Positions 1-14,023 of a stretch of 64,000 nt of DNA are shown one piece after another (position 1 is the stretch's first letter; every line of letters begins with the position of its first letter). The stretch covers positions 55,614,001-55,678,000 of the forward strand of contig NC_043003.1 of assembly GCF_006345805.1 (NCBI RefSeq), read 5' to 3'. The notes beneath the pieces were generated by a model. It was not told where the DNA came from. It was given only the letters and a program-made list of their open reading frames with translations, and ran no database searches. This stretch comes from Octopus sinensis (lineage: Eukaryota). The position numbers and the translations under genes were made by a program.

Positions 1-227
1 GGCTATATTTAACAACTGATTACTGTGCAACAATTTAAATATAGTCACTCGTCAGGTCAAAGATAAATCCAATAATTTCGTGTTTTTCATTATTGAATTG
101 ATAAAAAAGTGGTTTTCTTCTAATTTATATATATATATATTATATTATATCTTGTGAAATTTTCCTCGTAAGTTTGAAATAATATTCCCTATTATTATAT
201 TATTATATTATTATTATTATTATATTA

Positions 228-264
<37 letters not shown>

Positions 265-286
265 TTATTATTATTATTATTTTTAT

Positions 287-332
<46 letters not shown>

Positions 333-1060
333 AGAATTCTTGAGAGTTATATAGTCTGAATTATATTTACAGGTCGGAGATGCATGATGAATTATTTTCA
401 TCCACTAGCACATTCGAGGCATGCATGTAAATATCTTGTTTTAGATTATTTATAGAGAAGGCACGGAACCTTCATGTTAGTCCTTTGCTTGTAATTCATC
501 TCGAGAATATATTTCTTATCTCTCTTCTTTGTCAATATGAAGTTCAACCGTTTTGATTGCTATGTCTGATATTTTAGTAATTACGGAATATTATTCAGCA
601 TAGTAGGCTTAACCTCTTTGCCTTAATTCATCCCAATGAATTACAATAATTCTTACAAATCGTTACAAAAATTCGTTTTAACAGGTTTACTTTTAAGTAT
701 ACAAATCACCAAAAATTTTGTACATACATAAGGTTCTAATCTTCGGCACGGCAGATTCTTGCTAGGCTAATGAGTTTCAAAATACATTAAAACACGTCTC
801 CATATTTACTTCCACCCTACATGCAAGAAGTAGACTTTTACATTTCGTTAACATAAAAAATTATGAAGTTGTTCTATATTACTTTAAATTATGTCACATT
901 TTAGTCAAAATAGCAACGAATTTATAGATTTATTGCGAATCCAATGCAATGTCTAGCATTTCATAAATAATTTTGTGAGTATTTGTGCATGAGAGAGGAA
1001 GAGAGGAACAAAAAGAGAGTGACGGAGAGAAAAACTGTATTTGTGTGTGTGTTCATTATA

Positions 1061-1258
1061 CAGTGTAGCCCCCAAAATAGGTTTACAGTTATTCAAGTAT
1101 CTCCTTCGCATTCATATATTAACAGTTTACATCTTAATTATAAAATATATGAAACCATTTGGTTAATTGTAAAATAGAAATTGAAATGTAATAAGATGTT
1201 CTAAAAGAAATTTAAAGTGCCTGTGTGATAACTGTGAGTCTACTTTTGGGACATCCTG
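1061..1258. mobile_element. Degenerate Tc1/mariner-type MITE
   Basis: Left TA|CAGTGTAGCCCCCAAAATAGGTTTACAGTTAT versus right-end reverse complement TA|CAGGATGTCCCAAAAGTAGACTCACAGTTAT; TA on both sides; no ORF. Confidence 0.6.
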
Positions 1259-1532
1259 TATAGCTTCTTCATAAAATTTGTATAAATGTTAACCTGATGA
1301 CGTGAGTTTCCCACTTCAGCAAATGATGATATTAATATTAATTAATATTCTTAAATGTTATGTTGTTATGTAATGACAACACACATTTAACATTTCCATA
1401 AAGGTTTATACATACACAGACAGACACAGACGCACACATACACGCACATACACACACGCACATACATACACACATACATACGCATACATACATGCATACA
1501 TGTGTTCCCGTATATATGTAAATATATATATA

Positions 1533-1666
1533 TTCTGTTGTAAAAAATTTTTTTCCGTTTTCGTTTCTCGTCCAGTTCCACGTCTCAGTTTTTCTGTTGT
1601 AAAAAGGTGGATTTTCCGTTTTCGTTTCTCGTTGAGTTCTACGTCTAGTTGTGGTGTCCTGTACTC
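1533..1666 (+). repeat. Tandem ~59-bp duplication, probably a Penelope-like 3' terminus
   Basis: TTCTGTTGTAAAAA...TTTTCCGTTTTCGTTTCTCGT..AGTTC.ACGTCT occurs twice. Ends GTCCTGTACTC next to a TA-rich tract, like the termini at 62620-62652 and 63000-63035. Confidence 0.45.
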
Positions 1667-2447
1667 ACGTATATATATTTATATATGCATGTATATATAC
1701 ATGTAGATGTAGGTACGTACATATATGTTTGTATGTATGCATATATTTTATTTATTACACTATATATATATATATATACATACATACTTATTTATATTCC
1801 CCCATACAGAAAATTACATATATCTACTACACACGTGCGCACATATAAACACACAACAGACAAATGAATGATTATTAATCCGGGCAAAATTCTTTATATA
1901 TCTCTGTTGGTACACCAGTCTAACAGTATTATGTAGATTAGTAAAGAAGTCCACGTATACTTGTAACATCGTCGAAGGTTATAATTCATCACCATTTTAT
2001 ATTGTAAAGCCATGGTTCTGTTCCATGTATACTGGTTCTTACATAGAGTATTATACAAGACAAGACATATATAACGGTCATTTTAAATTTGTCTTTGTTG
2101 CTGCAAATTGCAAAGTTATGAGGATGTGAACACACCAACACCTTTGCAAAAGAAGATGCTATTCTTATTCACATTTTTTCCCGTCAAATCTTTATTAATT
2201 TAGAGATTCTTCTGTGGATTTGGGGTATATTGCCTTTAACGAAGCAGATTTTCATATGGTAGGTACCCTGATATATATAAATATATTTATGTATCTCATA
2301 TATAGACTTAATTTTGTCTGTATGGCTTTTAAGCTCGCGGCCACTAACGTTATTAGTTTTAGGAATAAAAATGTTCTTACATACATACATACATAAATAC
2401 ATACATACATACATACACACACACACATACATACATACATACATACA

Positions 2448-2483
<36 letters not shown>

Positions 2484-2621
2484 TAAATACTCTTCCGGTT
2501 GGAATTTGATTTACCAATATTCTTTATGTGAGTTCCTGTGTTGAAGCATATTGTTTGTGTCTAGAAAGAGTCATTCTCTGTTAAATAATAAGGCACTGAA
2601 AGAGAATGACTCTTCCCAGAA

Positions 2622-2684
<63 letters not shown>

Positions 2685-2688
2685 CATT

Positions 2689-2912
2689 ATTCTTTTTACT
2701 TGTTTCAGACATTTGACTACAGCTGTTCTGGAGCGGTGCCTTAAAAGGTTTTACTCGAAGGAATCGACACCAGTACTTATTTTGTAATCCCAGGATTTAT
2801 TTTATTGAGCTGATTTGCCAAACCGCTAAGTCGCAGGATATGAACAGGCCAACAGCGGTTGACAAGTGAGGACAAAACAGACACAAACACATACACATAA
2901 ATCAATGTATAT

Positions 2913-2982
<70 letters not shown>

Positions 2983-3192
2983 TATAGATATATATATATA
3001 TATATAATATATATATATATATAGTATATATATATACATACATATTTACGACGGATTTCTTTCAGTTTCCGTCTACCAAAACCCACTCACAAGACATTGT
3101 CGTCCCCAGGGTATTGTAGAAGACATTTTCCTAGGTACCACTGCCACGTGGAAATATGTAATTGTGAGACACATTTCTTACCACAAATCCAC
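2689..3192 (-). mobile_element. tRNA-derived SINE family A (CORE-like, internal microsatellite), diverged copy
   Basis: Matches the better-preserved copies at 9048-9456 and 44563-45003 (TTTCAGTTTCCGTCTACCAAA..CCACTCACAAG; tail TTTTACTTGTTTCAG). Confidence 0.8.
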
Positions 3193-3261
3193 GCGTGTGC
3201 ATATATATACAATACATACATACACACACACACATATATGTTATGCATTATATATATATAC

Positions 3262-3362
<101 letters not shown>

Positions 3363-3518
3363 GTATATATACGAGTCTGGGTAGAGTCATTCGCTTTTAG
3401 TACCTGCTATTTAACACACTCACCAGTAAAATTTTCACTCAATAACTTACTGATTTTCTTTCTTAAAATTTCGTTCCATCTTGCAATATTTTCAATAATC
3501 TTTGAGTTGGATGTAATA

Positions 3519-4046
3519 TGTGTAGCGTGTGACCGTCGAATTGACCATGACAGAAAAGCTGAGCAGAGAATCTGCATCAAATTTTGTCAAGCGCGTGACA
3601 ATACCTGCTCAGAGGTCTGCGCAAATTATTTAAAAAGTTTTCATCGTACTCGATCCAATGAAGGAGTTCTTGTGAAACTGAAATCCAAGTCCTCTTGGTC
3701 AGCTGAAAGCAGTTCTAGCACACAGTTAGCAGACACGCGTCTCACACCGAAATCGTACACTTGTGAGTGGCTCATACACTCTTCTCTATACCCTTTCTGC
3801 AACTTTCTGTTGGACTCTAAGCAGGCATCGCCTTGACAACTCTGTCTGTCATGGTCAGTGCGACGTTCACACGCTACACAGCTCCCTTCCAAGCACTGCA
3901 GTAAAGAGCGGAAGTGAGCTAGAACATTAAATGTTAGTGAGCATGGATAGCTGAGATCAAAGTCAACCTTTGCCAAGCGGCTTTATTCCACGTTCTTTAG
4001 CTTCGTTACTATGTCAACTGACCGGATACTAATTGATCAGACCCGG
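3519..4046 (-). mobile_element. Non-autonomous mariner derivative with inverted duplicated 5' end
   Basis: TIR at 4046 (rc TA|CCGGGTCTGATCAATTAGTATCCGG). Minus-strand transposase remnants [26 protein letters not shown]. Plus-strand [11 protein letters not shown]. Internal inverted repeat GTGTAGCGTGTGA.CGTCG..TGACCATGACAGA. Confidence 0.8.
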
Positions 4047-4090
4047 TATATATGTGTGTTTATGTGTGTGTGTGTGTGTGTGTGTGTTTA

Positions 4091-4145
4091 TGGTGGCGAG
4101 CTGGCAGAATCGATAGCACGCCAGGTGAAATGCTTAGCAGTCAAT
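4091..4145 (+). mobile_element. SINE family B, 5' (tRNA-like) fragment
   Basis: GGCGAGCTGGCAGAATCGATAGCACGCCAGGTGAAATGCTTAGC matches the heads of the family-B copies at 8155-8384 and 11478-11617. Confidence 0.75.
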
Positions 4146-4248
4146 TGTCGTATGTAGCCTTCTACAAATGGAGTCGCCCATATCATTAACGTATACATAT
4201 TCCCAGACACACGCATTACATAAACGCACAAACACACAGACACATATA

Positions 4249-4291
<43 letters not shown>

Positions 4292-4396
4292 CGTATAATG
4301 GTGTATGGGTCGGTATCTGTACGCAAATAAACATCTTACTTGAATACCGAAATATCAGCAAATGTTTAGCTACCTCGGTGTGTGTATGTGTGTGTC

Positions 4397-4431
<35 letters not shown>

Positions 4432-5229
4432 ATGTATGTACCTTTGTGTCTGCGAGTGTCTGCGTAAAAATTCAAAACTATCTACTATATATGTATATGC
4501 GTAGTGTTCAAGTTATTGCACAAACATTTCTGCCGAAAGCGTTCCATTATATCCTCAGGTTAAAAGCTTAACCTTGTTCAGACCCAGCAGCTAACTGTTC
4601 AGTTTGACAATTCTGGTGTTTTATATATTGCATTAAATATTAGTCAAGAAACTTTTAACGACAAGCATGATCGTATGCTGCGTAAAGTTCAATTAGAATG
4701 CATTTTTCTATTTTCATAAGTTTATGGCTTTGCTCCTGCTCTGTATGGGAATGAGTTTATATAAATATTGACATGTGTGCATATTTGTATGCTTCTGTTT
4801 ATATTTTTCTGATTAGATAAGAGACTTTAAAATATTTTTCCACACATACATGCGCTTCAGTAAAATTTTATATGTATATATGTAACAATATATATATACG
4901 TAAATACACACATAAATACCTACTACATAGGTTATGTAAAACGCTTGCACAAAAACCGAGATATACAAGGTTTCACGGAGAAAGAGCAAAAGAAAAGTAC
5001 ACAGATTCTCTAAATGTAGAGATTTTCGTGTGAACAGATGCACGCACTTGGGTATATGCAAAGACAGTTCAACCAACACACCAATCGAACCACATATTTA
5101 TAAGCATGGTGAAGTCTCTTAACTCAAAAGGCCTTGTAGCTTTGTTAGTCTCCGACTTAAACTTTCTCGAGGACCTGAATTAAATTGAAAATAAGTTCAT
5201 GCATACATACGTACGTACGTACGTTCATG

Positions 5230-5465
5230 GTGGTTGTCTAGTTTTTATGCAGAATTTGCCGACATCTTTTACTTACTACTTAGATCTATCATGGCGTCTG
5301 ATGTGGCTTTCTAAACTAGACAATTTATTGAAAAGACAGCCACATACACTACATATCTGATTTAGACCACTAAAAGCTGCAGTTAAATTCTCATCTTTGT
5401 AGACCTCAAAGTGTATTTTGAGGCCTTCATTAGAATTGCAGACCTTATGATATACACGGAGGTAC
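5230..5465 (-). mobile_element. C2H2 zinc-finger-coding fragment, likely 3' end of an RTE-like LINE
   Basis: CSVCGCLFNKLSSLESHIRRH fits C-x2-C-x3-F-x5-L-x2-H-x3-H (5291-5353). Preceded by a decayed finger HKVCNSNEGLKIH; no TGEKP linker; flanked by (TACA)n/(TACG)n. Confidence 0.55.
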
Positions 5466-5604
5466 GAACATGCATACATACATACATACATACATAATAC
5501 ATACATACATACATACATACATACATAGAATATATTAGGATAAAGAATATAGCATACTTTTCGAGCCTTATGGACTCACAGTGACCGGTTTCGCGGTTTC
5601 TGTG

Positions 5605-5728
<124 letters not shown>

Positions 5729-5811
5729 TATATATATGCACATATATACACCTATATATACTTATACATAGTATGCATTCATATATACCAACATATGCAT
5801 ATTCGGATTCA

Positions 5812-6111
5812 GAGACCCCTTCGGTCATGAATGAGCAGGGTATTGCAGCTAGAAAGTTACCCTCCTAGGCACAAGTCCGGGAAAGGTTGTTCATGGAAGA
5901 CTAGCAGTCACCCATGCATACCAGCCTCCGCTCTCCAAGCCACCGATGTTATCCAAGGAAAATGCAAAGGGCAATACAGCTGAGTGAATTGGAGCAACGT
6001 GAAATAAAATATCTTCCTCAAGAACACAACACGCCGCCCTGTCCGGGATTCGAACTCACAATCTCACGGTCGTAAGATCGACGCTCTTACCACTGAGCCT
6101 TGCAGCTTCAC
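5812..6111 (-). mobile_element. tRNA-derived SINE family D (V-domain-like)
   Basis: The rc has an A-box-like GGCTCAGTGG and a B-box GTTCGAATCCC, then GTGTTCTTGAGGAAGATATTT resembling the V-SINE domain. Confidence 0.7.
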
Positions 6112-6231
6112 ACGAACAGAAGCATAAGCATACATATAATCAAAGACACACATACACACACACGCGCGCATACATACGCACGTCAGTAGTCTCGACTTCA
6201 TAGAAACACTGTTAAAATACTCATATACAGC

Positions 6232-6266
<35 letters not shown>

Positions 6267-6271
6267 TATAC

Positions 6272-6324
<53 letters not shown>

Positions 6325-7977
6325 TTAATATGCATGCGTATGTGTATGTGTGTGAGTTTTTGTATTTACGCGAATGTTTGCCTTCTCTTTTTTTTCTTTT
6401 ACCTATAGAAACCGTTGTTATGTCAGAATAACCTAAAGTTTAATTTGGCAAATTGGTGAACCGGAATCGACAAGTTTATTATCAAACTGAAGCAAATATT
6501 TGGGTATATATTGCTAACACCTCTATCTATTGTAACAGATATATCCATTATTGATTTGGTCGAATGAGCAGAACCAGTAAAACTATAAATTGCTATGAAA
6601 GTAATGATTTCCGGCCTCACTTACAATTACATGCACATGTTACCTAATTGTACTTGATGATTTACGTAAGATAGGGTCTCAGATCAAGTCCCTGTGCAGG
6701 AACTTCGCCATTGATATTCGATTCAATACAGACCTGTTCAACAAATGCATCGAGCTGAAACATCTACAAAATCGTTCTGGTTAGTAGCGTTGCATATGTC
6801 TGGGCCACAGACGCCGTGTGTGACTGACTCCAACACGACTGTTGGCTTTCAGTACAACGTGCTACATTGCACGCCATCTCTGTAGCTTGTATGACATGCA
6901 CGTCCTCTGTGTAGCTGGTATGTCAAATACATCAATACTGAAGGATGTATGCGGGGATGCGAAATGAGAATGAAATGTGTGACGATGGAAACGGCAACGT
7001 TTAAATAATATTATCGTGTCCTAGAAACGCTCAGCCTGTATCTTCTAGGGATGCGTAATAGGAAAACGTATTCACACGCGAGAAAAACTATAGTGAACCA
7101 ATGCCATTAAGGACTTGATGTAAAGGGCTCTGATAGAGTGTAAAGCTGCATGACCCAACAGCAGCGTGTAGCGAGGAGTTATTTTTATCACTGAGGTTAC
7201 TAAACTCCAACTATGAGTAGGGACGTATTCACTTAACTTATTCATGATCTCACATGTATGATGGAATAAGTTACCTAAAATTACTTATAGTTACAAGTGG
7301 TAAAAGAATCTGGTGAGTTTTAGCCACATTTGGCCTCACCAGTTAAATATATTCTACTGAAGTAACAAAACTATATCTCAATAGTAAATACAGAAAAGGT
7401 GCGAAAGTAATGCACGTCTATATATTACAATAGTTTCACATGGAGTAACAAAATATAGGAAGGTCGTATTTACAATATTTAAAGGAGCTTTAATAGTGGT
7501 ACTATATGATAATATTTTGCTCTGTGTTCCTTTGTGATTAACTAACGGTGTTGTGAAATTAATTAAACTATATTGAATTGGCTTGATTGCTACTCGGGTA
7601 CAAGTGTTGTAGGTGTTCTTAATGTTGTTATAATTATTGTTGTTTTATCGTTGTTATTCAGCACCAATATAGCCGAGACTAAGCATATCATATGATCAAT
7701 GAATTTCCTACTTTAATTATGCTATCTGTTGTATATACTTGAGCAAACATCTATTTCCTACATCGTGGATGTGAGTTTTCTCGAAAAAAATCATCAGTAA
7801 AAGTTGAAGTCAGTACTACTTAGTAGTAGCCATATATATCTGCAAGAAATAATTGCCAAATATTAAAATATTACTCTGTCACTCGAATCATCGAAATAAT
7901 TCTGTGGGTATATATACAAAAGACAGGATTGAATATACAAAGTATGAATCGGGATACAGAATCAATGATACATGATC

Positions 7978-8384
7978 TTTTCTACTCTAGGCACTAGGCC
8001 AGAAATTTGGAGGTGGCAGTTAATTAGACTGATCTCAGTACGCAACTGGTACATAATTTATCGACCCAGAAAGGCAAAGTCGACCTCGGCGGAATTTAAA
8101 CACAGAACGTAACGGTAGACGAACTAAGCATTTCGCCCGGCGTGTTAGCCTTTCTTATTTTTTATTGCCCACAAGGGGCTAAATATAGAAGGGACAAACA
8201 AGGACAGACAAACGGATTAAGTCGATTACATCGACTCCAGTGCGTAACTGATACTTAATTTGTCGACTCCGAAAGCATGAAAGGCAAAGTCGACTTGCGT
8301 GGAATTTGAACTCACAATGTAACGGCAGACGAAATACCGCTAAGCATTTTCCCGGCGTCCTAACGTTTCTGCCAGCTCGACGCC
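7978..8384 (-). mobile_element. Two adjacent SINE family B copies
   Basis: AAGGCAAAGTCGACCTCGGCGGAATTT and AAGGCAAAGTCGACTTGCGTGGAATTTGAACTC, each with head and tail segments. Confidence 0.85.
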
Positions 8385-9047
8385 TGAATCAATGGTAAAT
8401 AATAACAAAACTATTTATACTGTAACTTGTTATTATACCGTTTTTCTTTCCAGGTAGTCTATGTAATCTGTTTTATATATATATTTAGCTAAGTGAAAAA
8501 GAGGTACGTAGGAAAAGAGTAATAAAATGAAATTCGTTTCTTGCTAACAAAGTGTTAGGAGCATGATAATATGATTCAAACGATGTAGTTTCATGGTTTG
8601 GTCGTCCCCACAAGATATTCATTCCGCAACGACCTAGTTTTTTGTTCAATTCTACCGCACAGTCCCCTGTGCAAGTACCTTTTGATATTGTCGCAAGCCG
8701 TCTACTATTGTGTGGCGAAATTTGGTTCAGGAAATTGCGTGGAAGCCTGTCCTATATGAGTGTGTGTACGTGTGTTTATGTATGTGTGTGGGTGGCTGTA
8801 TGTGTACGTGTGTTTATGTGTGCGTACTCCTTCGTGTGTATTTGTGTGTGAGTGGGTATGTGGCTGTGTTATCCTATTTCTCTTTCATTGCATGACAATC
8901 GACGGTGTCGAATATACTTAGCGAATTCGAAAAAACAAAACGGTAGATATAATGTCAAACTTCAACTAATTAATGGTGACGATTTCTCCACCTAAAATCA
9001 TTGATTCAGTGCTACTGCATGGCCGGACTGCAAGGACTGAAACAAAT

Positions 9048-9456
9048 TACTCTTTTACACTTTTACCCCTTTCAGTCAATTGACAGCGGCCATGCTGGAG
9101 CACCGCCTTTAGTCAAGCAAATCGACCCCAGGACTTATTCTATGTAAGCCCAGTACTTATTTTGTCAGTCTCTCTTGACGACTGGCTACGTGACGGGGAC
9201 ATAAACACACCAGCATCGGTTGTCAAGCAATGCTAGGGAGAGAAAAACAGACACAAACACACACACACACACATACACACACGTATATATATATATATAC
9301 GACGAGCTTCTTTCAGTTTCCGTCTACAAAATCCACTCATAAGGCTTTGGTTGGCCGAGGCTATAGTAGAAGACACTTGCCCAAGAAGCCACGCAGTGGG
9401 ATTGAACCCGGAATCATATGGTTGGTAAGCAAGCTACTTACCACACAGCCACTCCT
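9048..9456 (-). mobile_element. SINE family A, full length
   Basis: rc begins GGAGTGGCTGTGTGGTAAG (A box), GGTTCAATCCC (B box), CORE-like CTTGGGCAAGTGTCTTCT, internal microsatellite, tail GGCGGTGCTCCAGCATGGCC...TAAAAG. Confidence 0.9.
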
Positions 9457-9872
9457 ACGCCTATATGTGTTAGTTCTGTGATAAATAGATAAATTTAACA
9501 ATAATTATTAGCAACCACCAGAAAATAGTAGAAAAGTTTTTACTTGAAATTGCGTATACAAGGCTAAGTTGACCGGGGAGTAATGAAAATGTTATTGAGA
9601 GAACGAAGTTTAATGATTTTATATTATTATTTACCACATCGATACCACCGTGAATCACCAATGCACACATATACACTTGCACCAGTATAGAAGATATATG
9701 CACAAACATTTAAGCACGCACAATCACACACATAGACACACACATTCACACACACACACATACACACACCTACACAGGCACACATAAAGAAGGTTTGACG
9801 GTACCGAAATAAACAAGTATGAAAGGAATGAAAACCGAAATCATTACTGAAAACAACAAATCTTCATCCATA

Positions 9873-9930
<58 letters not shown>

Positions 9931-10107
9931 TGTGTGTGTACATATAAGTATATAAATATATATATATATATATATATCTGTGAGCGTGTGTATATGTGTA
10001 TTTATAGTATGCATATATGTAAAATACATATATATCAAGACCAATACAATATGTTATATATATATACTATATATATATATATATATTTATATAATATGCA
10101 TATATAT

Positions 10108-10155
<48 letters not shown>

Positions 10156-10669
10156 CATGCATATATGTCTGAATGTATATTAAATAACACGTTATCGAAA
10201 TTATATCTTACGCAGTCTGCCTGTTTTGTTTCAACGTCAGTGTAAGTAAACTGAAGGACTGGTTAATAATCAACAAAAATATATTCTATTAGTTCAACAT
10301 TTGTTTCAGTCCATTATCATCGAAGATATTTGCACATGAATGCAGCTGTTTTAAATATATATAAAATTCTAATCAGATGGCGTTTGGGTAAATTAACCAT
10401 GTAATCTGTACACAAATACACACAAGATCCTCAGTGAGACACAGGTACATATACACTTAGACAAACACATGTAAACAAGTCGTAAAATTTATATACGATT
10501 TGATGAATGTGTGCTTGTGTGCGGTTTGTGCGTTTGCGTATCTATATATGTGTGTACCTCCGTATTTATATATATATATATATATATATGCGTATATATA
10601 TATATGTATATATATCTATATATATGCGTATATATATATGTATATATATGTATATACATACGTATATAC

Positions 10670-10851
10670 GGAGGCGTATCTATTTGGTAAGAAGCTTGCT
10701 TCCCACCCCCATCGTTCCGGGTTCAGTCTCGCTGCGTGAAACCAAGGCCTTGTGAGTGTATTTGGTTATACGAAGACTGGAAGAAGTCGGTTGTATATAT
10801 GCTTGTGTATATGTATGCGTGTCTGTGCGCGTGCTCGTATATATATATATG

Positions 10852-10885
<34 letters not shown>

Positions 10886-11152
10886 CTTGTGTGTGTGTGT
10901 GTATGTGCACGCGAGTCTGCGTGTGTCTGTGTCTTTGTATCTGTAATTAGCACACCCCCATCACCGTTTTACAATTGGTATTGGTGAGTTTACGTCCCCC
11001 TAACGTAGGGGTTCAGTAAAAGGGCCGGACAGAATAAGTACTGGGCTTGAAAATATGTCCTGAGGTCGATTTCTTCGACTAAAACCGCTCGAGGGGGTGC
11101 TCCCCTATGACCGGAATCAAATGATCGAAACATAATAGAATAAAGAGAATGA
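10670..11152 (+). mobile_element. SINE family A, diverged, CORE-like segment deleted
   Basis: GGTAAGAAGCTTGCTTCCC..CCGGGTTCAGTC..ACCAAGGCCTTGTGAGTG..AGAATAAGTAC..GAGGTCGATT. Confidence 0.75.
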
Positions 11153-11477
11153 GATAATATGTGGACAAGAAAAAGAAACACACCCTTACTTTGCGTAATG
11201 CTTCTAAATAGTAGCTGGAGATATATTTCCGGTCTGTAATAACCGAAAGCCCAACAAAAGGACATATCCCTGGACGAAATGATGCAGTCAAGGTAATATA
11301 TTGAGTAGACCCCTAGGATTGAAATTTTGTGATCATACATACATACATACATACATACACACGAACATTGTCAATCTAATTAAATAAATTCCATATGTGG
11401 TTGAAGAGTGTTCTACATTTTAAAACTGATGTAATACTTACATTCTTTAATTAAATGAAGTAGCATGAAACGATTGT

Positions 11478-11617
11478 ACTACCCTATTTTTGGATACCCC
11501 GAAAGGATGAAAGGCAAAGTCGACTTCGGCGGAATTTGAACTCAGAATGTAACGGCAGACGAAACCCGGCTACGCATTTCGCCCGGCATGCTAACGTTTC
11601 TGGTAGCTCGCCGCCCT
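11478..11617 (-). mobile_element. SINE family B
   Basis: CCCCGAAAGGATGAAAGGCAAAGTCGACTTCGGCGGAATTTGAACTCAGAATG...GCTCGCCGCC. Confidence 0.85.
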
Positions 11618-12051
11618 TGGATACAATCTTAACTGATTCTCATGTATTTTGTTTTGCCCAAAAGCCAGGAATTTTCCAGTACCCTATCATATCTACAACA
11701 AGGCCTACCGACATATTGAATTTCCCACCAAAATGCGCTGCAAACTGTATAAGCCATGTTCATAAATGGTAGAGGTGATGATAGAGATAATGTCTTTGCT
11801 GATAAATGTGGTCGTACAGGATGACCTAGGGTTGAACATCAACAAATTCAACAGCCTTATTCGAGATTTTTTTTTCTCAATGATTTCAATTCAACGCTTT
11901 GCTTTCGTCTCATTTTCTCTCCGTGGAAAATTACGCTTTTCTTTCTCCCTTCCTTCTTCTCATCTTTATTTCTCTCTCATTTCCCCCCTTTTTCTCTCCC
12001 TCTCTCTTATCATTCTTTTTGCCGCTGTCTTTAATCAATAATGTAATCTTT

Positions 12052-12415
12052 GAGTGGCTTTGTGGTAAGAAGCTTCCAAACCACAAGCTTCAGTACCACT
12101 GCATGAAATCTTGGGCAAATATGACCTACTATAGCCGCGGGCTTACCAAAGCCTTGTGAATGGATTTGACAAACGGAAGCAAACGGAAACAAAGCAGTCT
12201 GTCTTTGTGTTTATATTTCTCCGCCACCACCTCTTGATTACCGGTGCTGGTGTGTTTACGACCCTGTAACTTGGCGGCTCGAGACAAGAAATCGATAGAA
12301 TAAGTACCGGGTTTAGGAAAAGAAATTACGTACTGGGATCGATTCATTCGACTAAAAATTATTCAAAGCATGGCCTTGCATAGCTGCAGTTTAATGACTG
12401 AAACAAGTAAAAGAT
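12052..12415 (+). mobile_element. SINE family A, diverged
   Basis: GAGTGGCTTTGTGGTAAGAAGC..CTTGGGCAAAT..ACCAAAGCCTTGTGA..GATAGAATAAGTAC..GACTGAAACAAGTAAAAG. Confidence 0.8.
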
Positions 12416-12544
12416 TTGTTATTAGTATCGTCAATATTACGGTTGATCTTTTCCTTAAGATTCTTACACACGATTGAAACCTTACCAAAAATTTTGCAGC
12501 TATCTTCGTTATTCTCATCTTTAAATTTATAGCCGTTAGTATGC

Positions 12545-12993
12545 TCAACACCATCGTCGTCCTCGTCGACATCATCATCAACTTCGTCTTGTCGTCGTCC
12601 TCGTCGTCTTCATTATCATCGTTGTCGGCGTCACCAGCCTCCTCCTCCCCCTCCTCCTCTTCATCATCATCATATGGACATCATCTCTCTTGTTATAATC
12701 ACTAGCATTTTTATTATCTCCAACGTCAACAGAATTTTCTTTATCTTAGTATTGAAATCAAAATATTCATCATCACAATCCCACATCATATTCTTATCTG
12801 ATAATAAAAATGATTATGATGACATCATGATGATGATGATGATGACGACGATGATGATGATGATGATGAAGATGATGATGATGATGATGATGATGACGAT
12901 CATGATGATGATGATGATGATGATGATGAGATGATGATGATGAATGATGATGATGATGATGATGAAGAAATGATGATGATGATGATGATCAGG

Positions 12994-13025
<32 letters not shown>

Positions 13026-13070
13026 TAATAATAATAATAATAATGATAATAATAATAATAATAATATTAA
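12545..13070. repeat. Compound trinucleotide microsatellites (TCR)n/(GAT)n/(AAT)n
   Basis: Visible directly. Confidence 0.95.
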
Positions 13071-13078
13071 TATATAAT

Positions 13079-13632
13079 GCCCCAATGCAGTACCAGACAG
13101 TAGATCTCATGGCTTCTGATCTCAACTGATAGGAATTGTTATCCTGTACACAGCTTTGTCTTGGTATAAAAGATGGACTACAGCAAATAATCTGCTCAAT
13201 AACACAGATTTGCTTGTCAGTTGTTTGACGTTAACCAGTTGAGCTTTTCCCTTAGTGACTGACGATATGTGCATCTCTGATCACAAGCAGAAGTAGTGGT
13301 GGAGCATCGTAGCCGTGTGTTGAAAGGAAATCTTAGAGGTTTGGATAATTCACCTTTGGAAACAGGGGTGATTCGTTCAACATGCTTAAACAACCCTTAT
13401 TGAATAACCTTTCAAGTGGGGTGGGTTACTCAACCAGAAGAAAGTTCTAACTGGGCCCCACCTGCAAGGTCGTGCGCTATTTATCTTGATATGAGATCAC
13501 GATGTCGCCCACTTATGATAGTGCTGTATGTTCCGGGTGTAATCTTATCAGACGGGTAGTCATGATGGGTGTACTGGTCTACGTATATTTTACCCCAGTG
13601 TCACTTTGACGGCATGCACTGCTCTCTCACTC
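13079..13632 (+). mobile_element. Interspersed repeat embedded in (AAT)n; probable 3' UTR of an R4/Dong-like non-LTR element
   Basis: Complex, non-coding ~550 bp with (AAT)n on both sides, ending ...GCATGCACTGCTCTCTCACTC|AATAATAAT. Family assignment is inferred from the target context. Confidence 0.45.
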
Positions 13633-13645
13633 AATAATAATAATA

Positions 13646-13691
<46 letters not shown>

Positions 13692-13973
13692 GGTGGTTCT
13701 GATAATGATGATGGTGATCATCATTGTAACGATGCTCCTTAAGATTCTGCTGCTGCTGATGTTGATGATGTTGAATATGATAATTATGATCATAAAAGTA
13801 ATTATTATTACTGCTCGTTTTATTATTATTATTTTTATTGCTGTTGTTATTCTGCTTGTTCCTGCATTCCCCTTTTGACAGCGAACAAAGTAGTTTGTTT
13901 ATATTTGTTTATATATTTATATATATATGTTTTTTTTTTAATTCCCTCAACCCACGCGCACTTGTGCAATTAC

Positions 13974-14023
<50 letters not shown>

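Noticed and set aside
330-660. Possible Penelope-like fragment next to (TA)n
   Set aside because: Only a faint similarity to the hairpin motif; no protein motif recognised
1900-2260. Possible decayed GIY-YIG (VIYVLSC) on the minus strand
   Set aside because: Too many stops and frameshifts to support a call
6423-6620. 65-aa minus-strand ORF with a signal-peptide-like start
   Set aside because: Starts at TTG/GTG-type context, overlaps a GTAAGT donor-like motif, and has no recognisable domain
6666-6763. Possible minus-strand exon MFQLDAFVEQVCIESNINGEVPAQGLDLRPYL
   Set aside because: Protein-like, but the donor is weak, no partner exon was found, and the LDLRPY resemblance to USP proteases is too short to support
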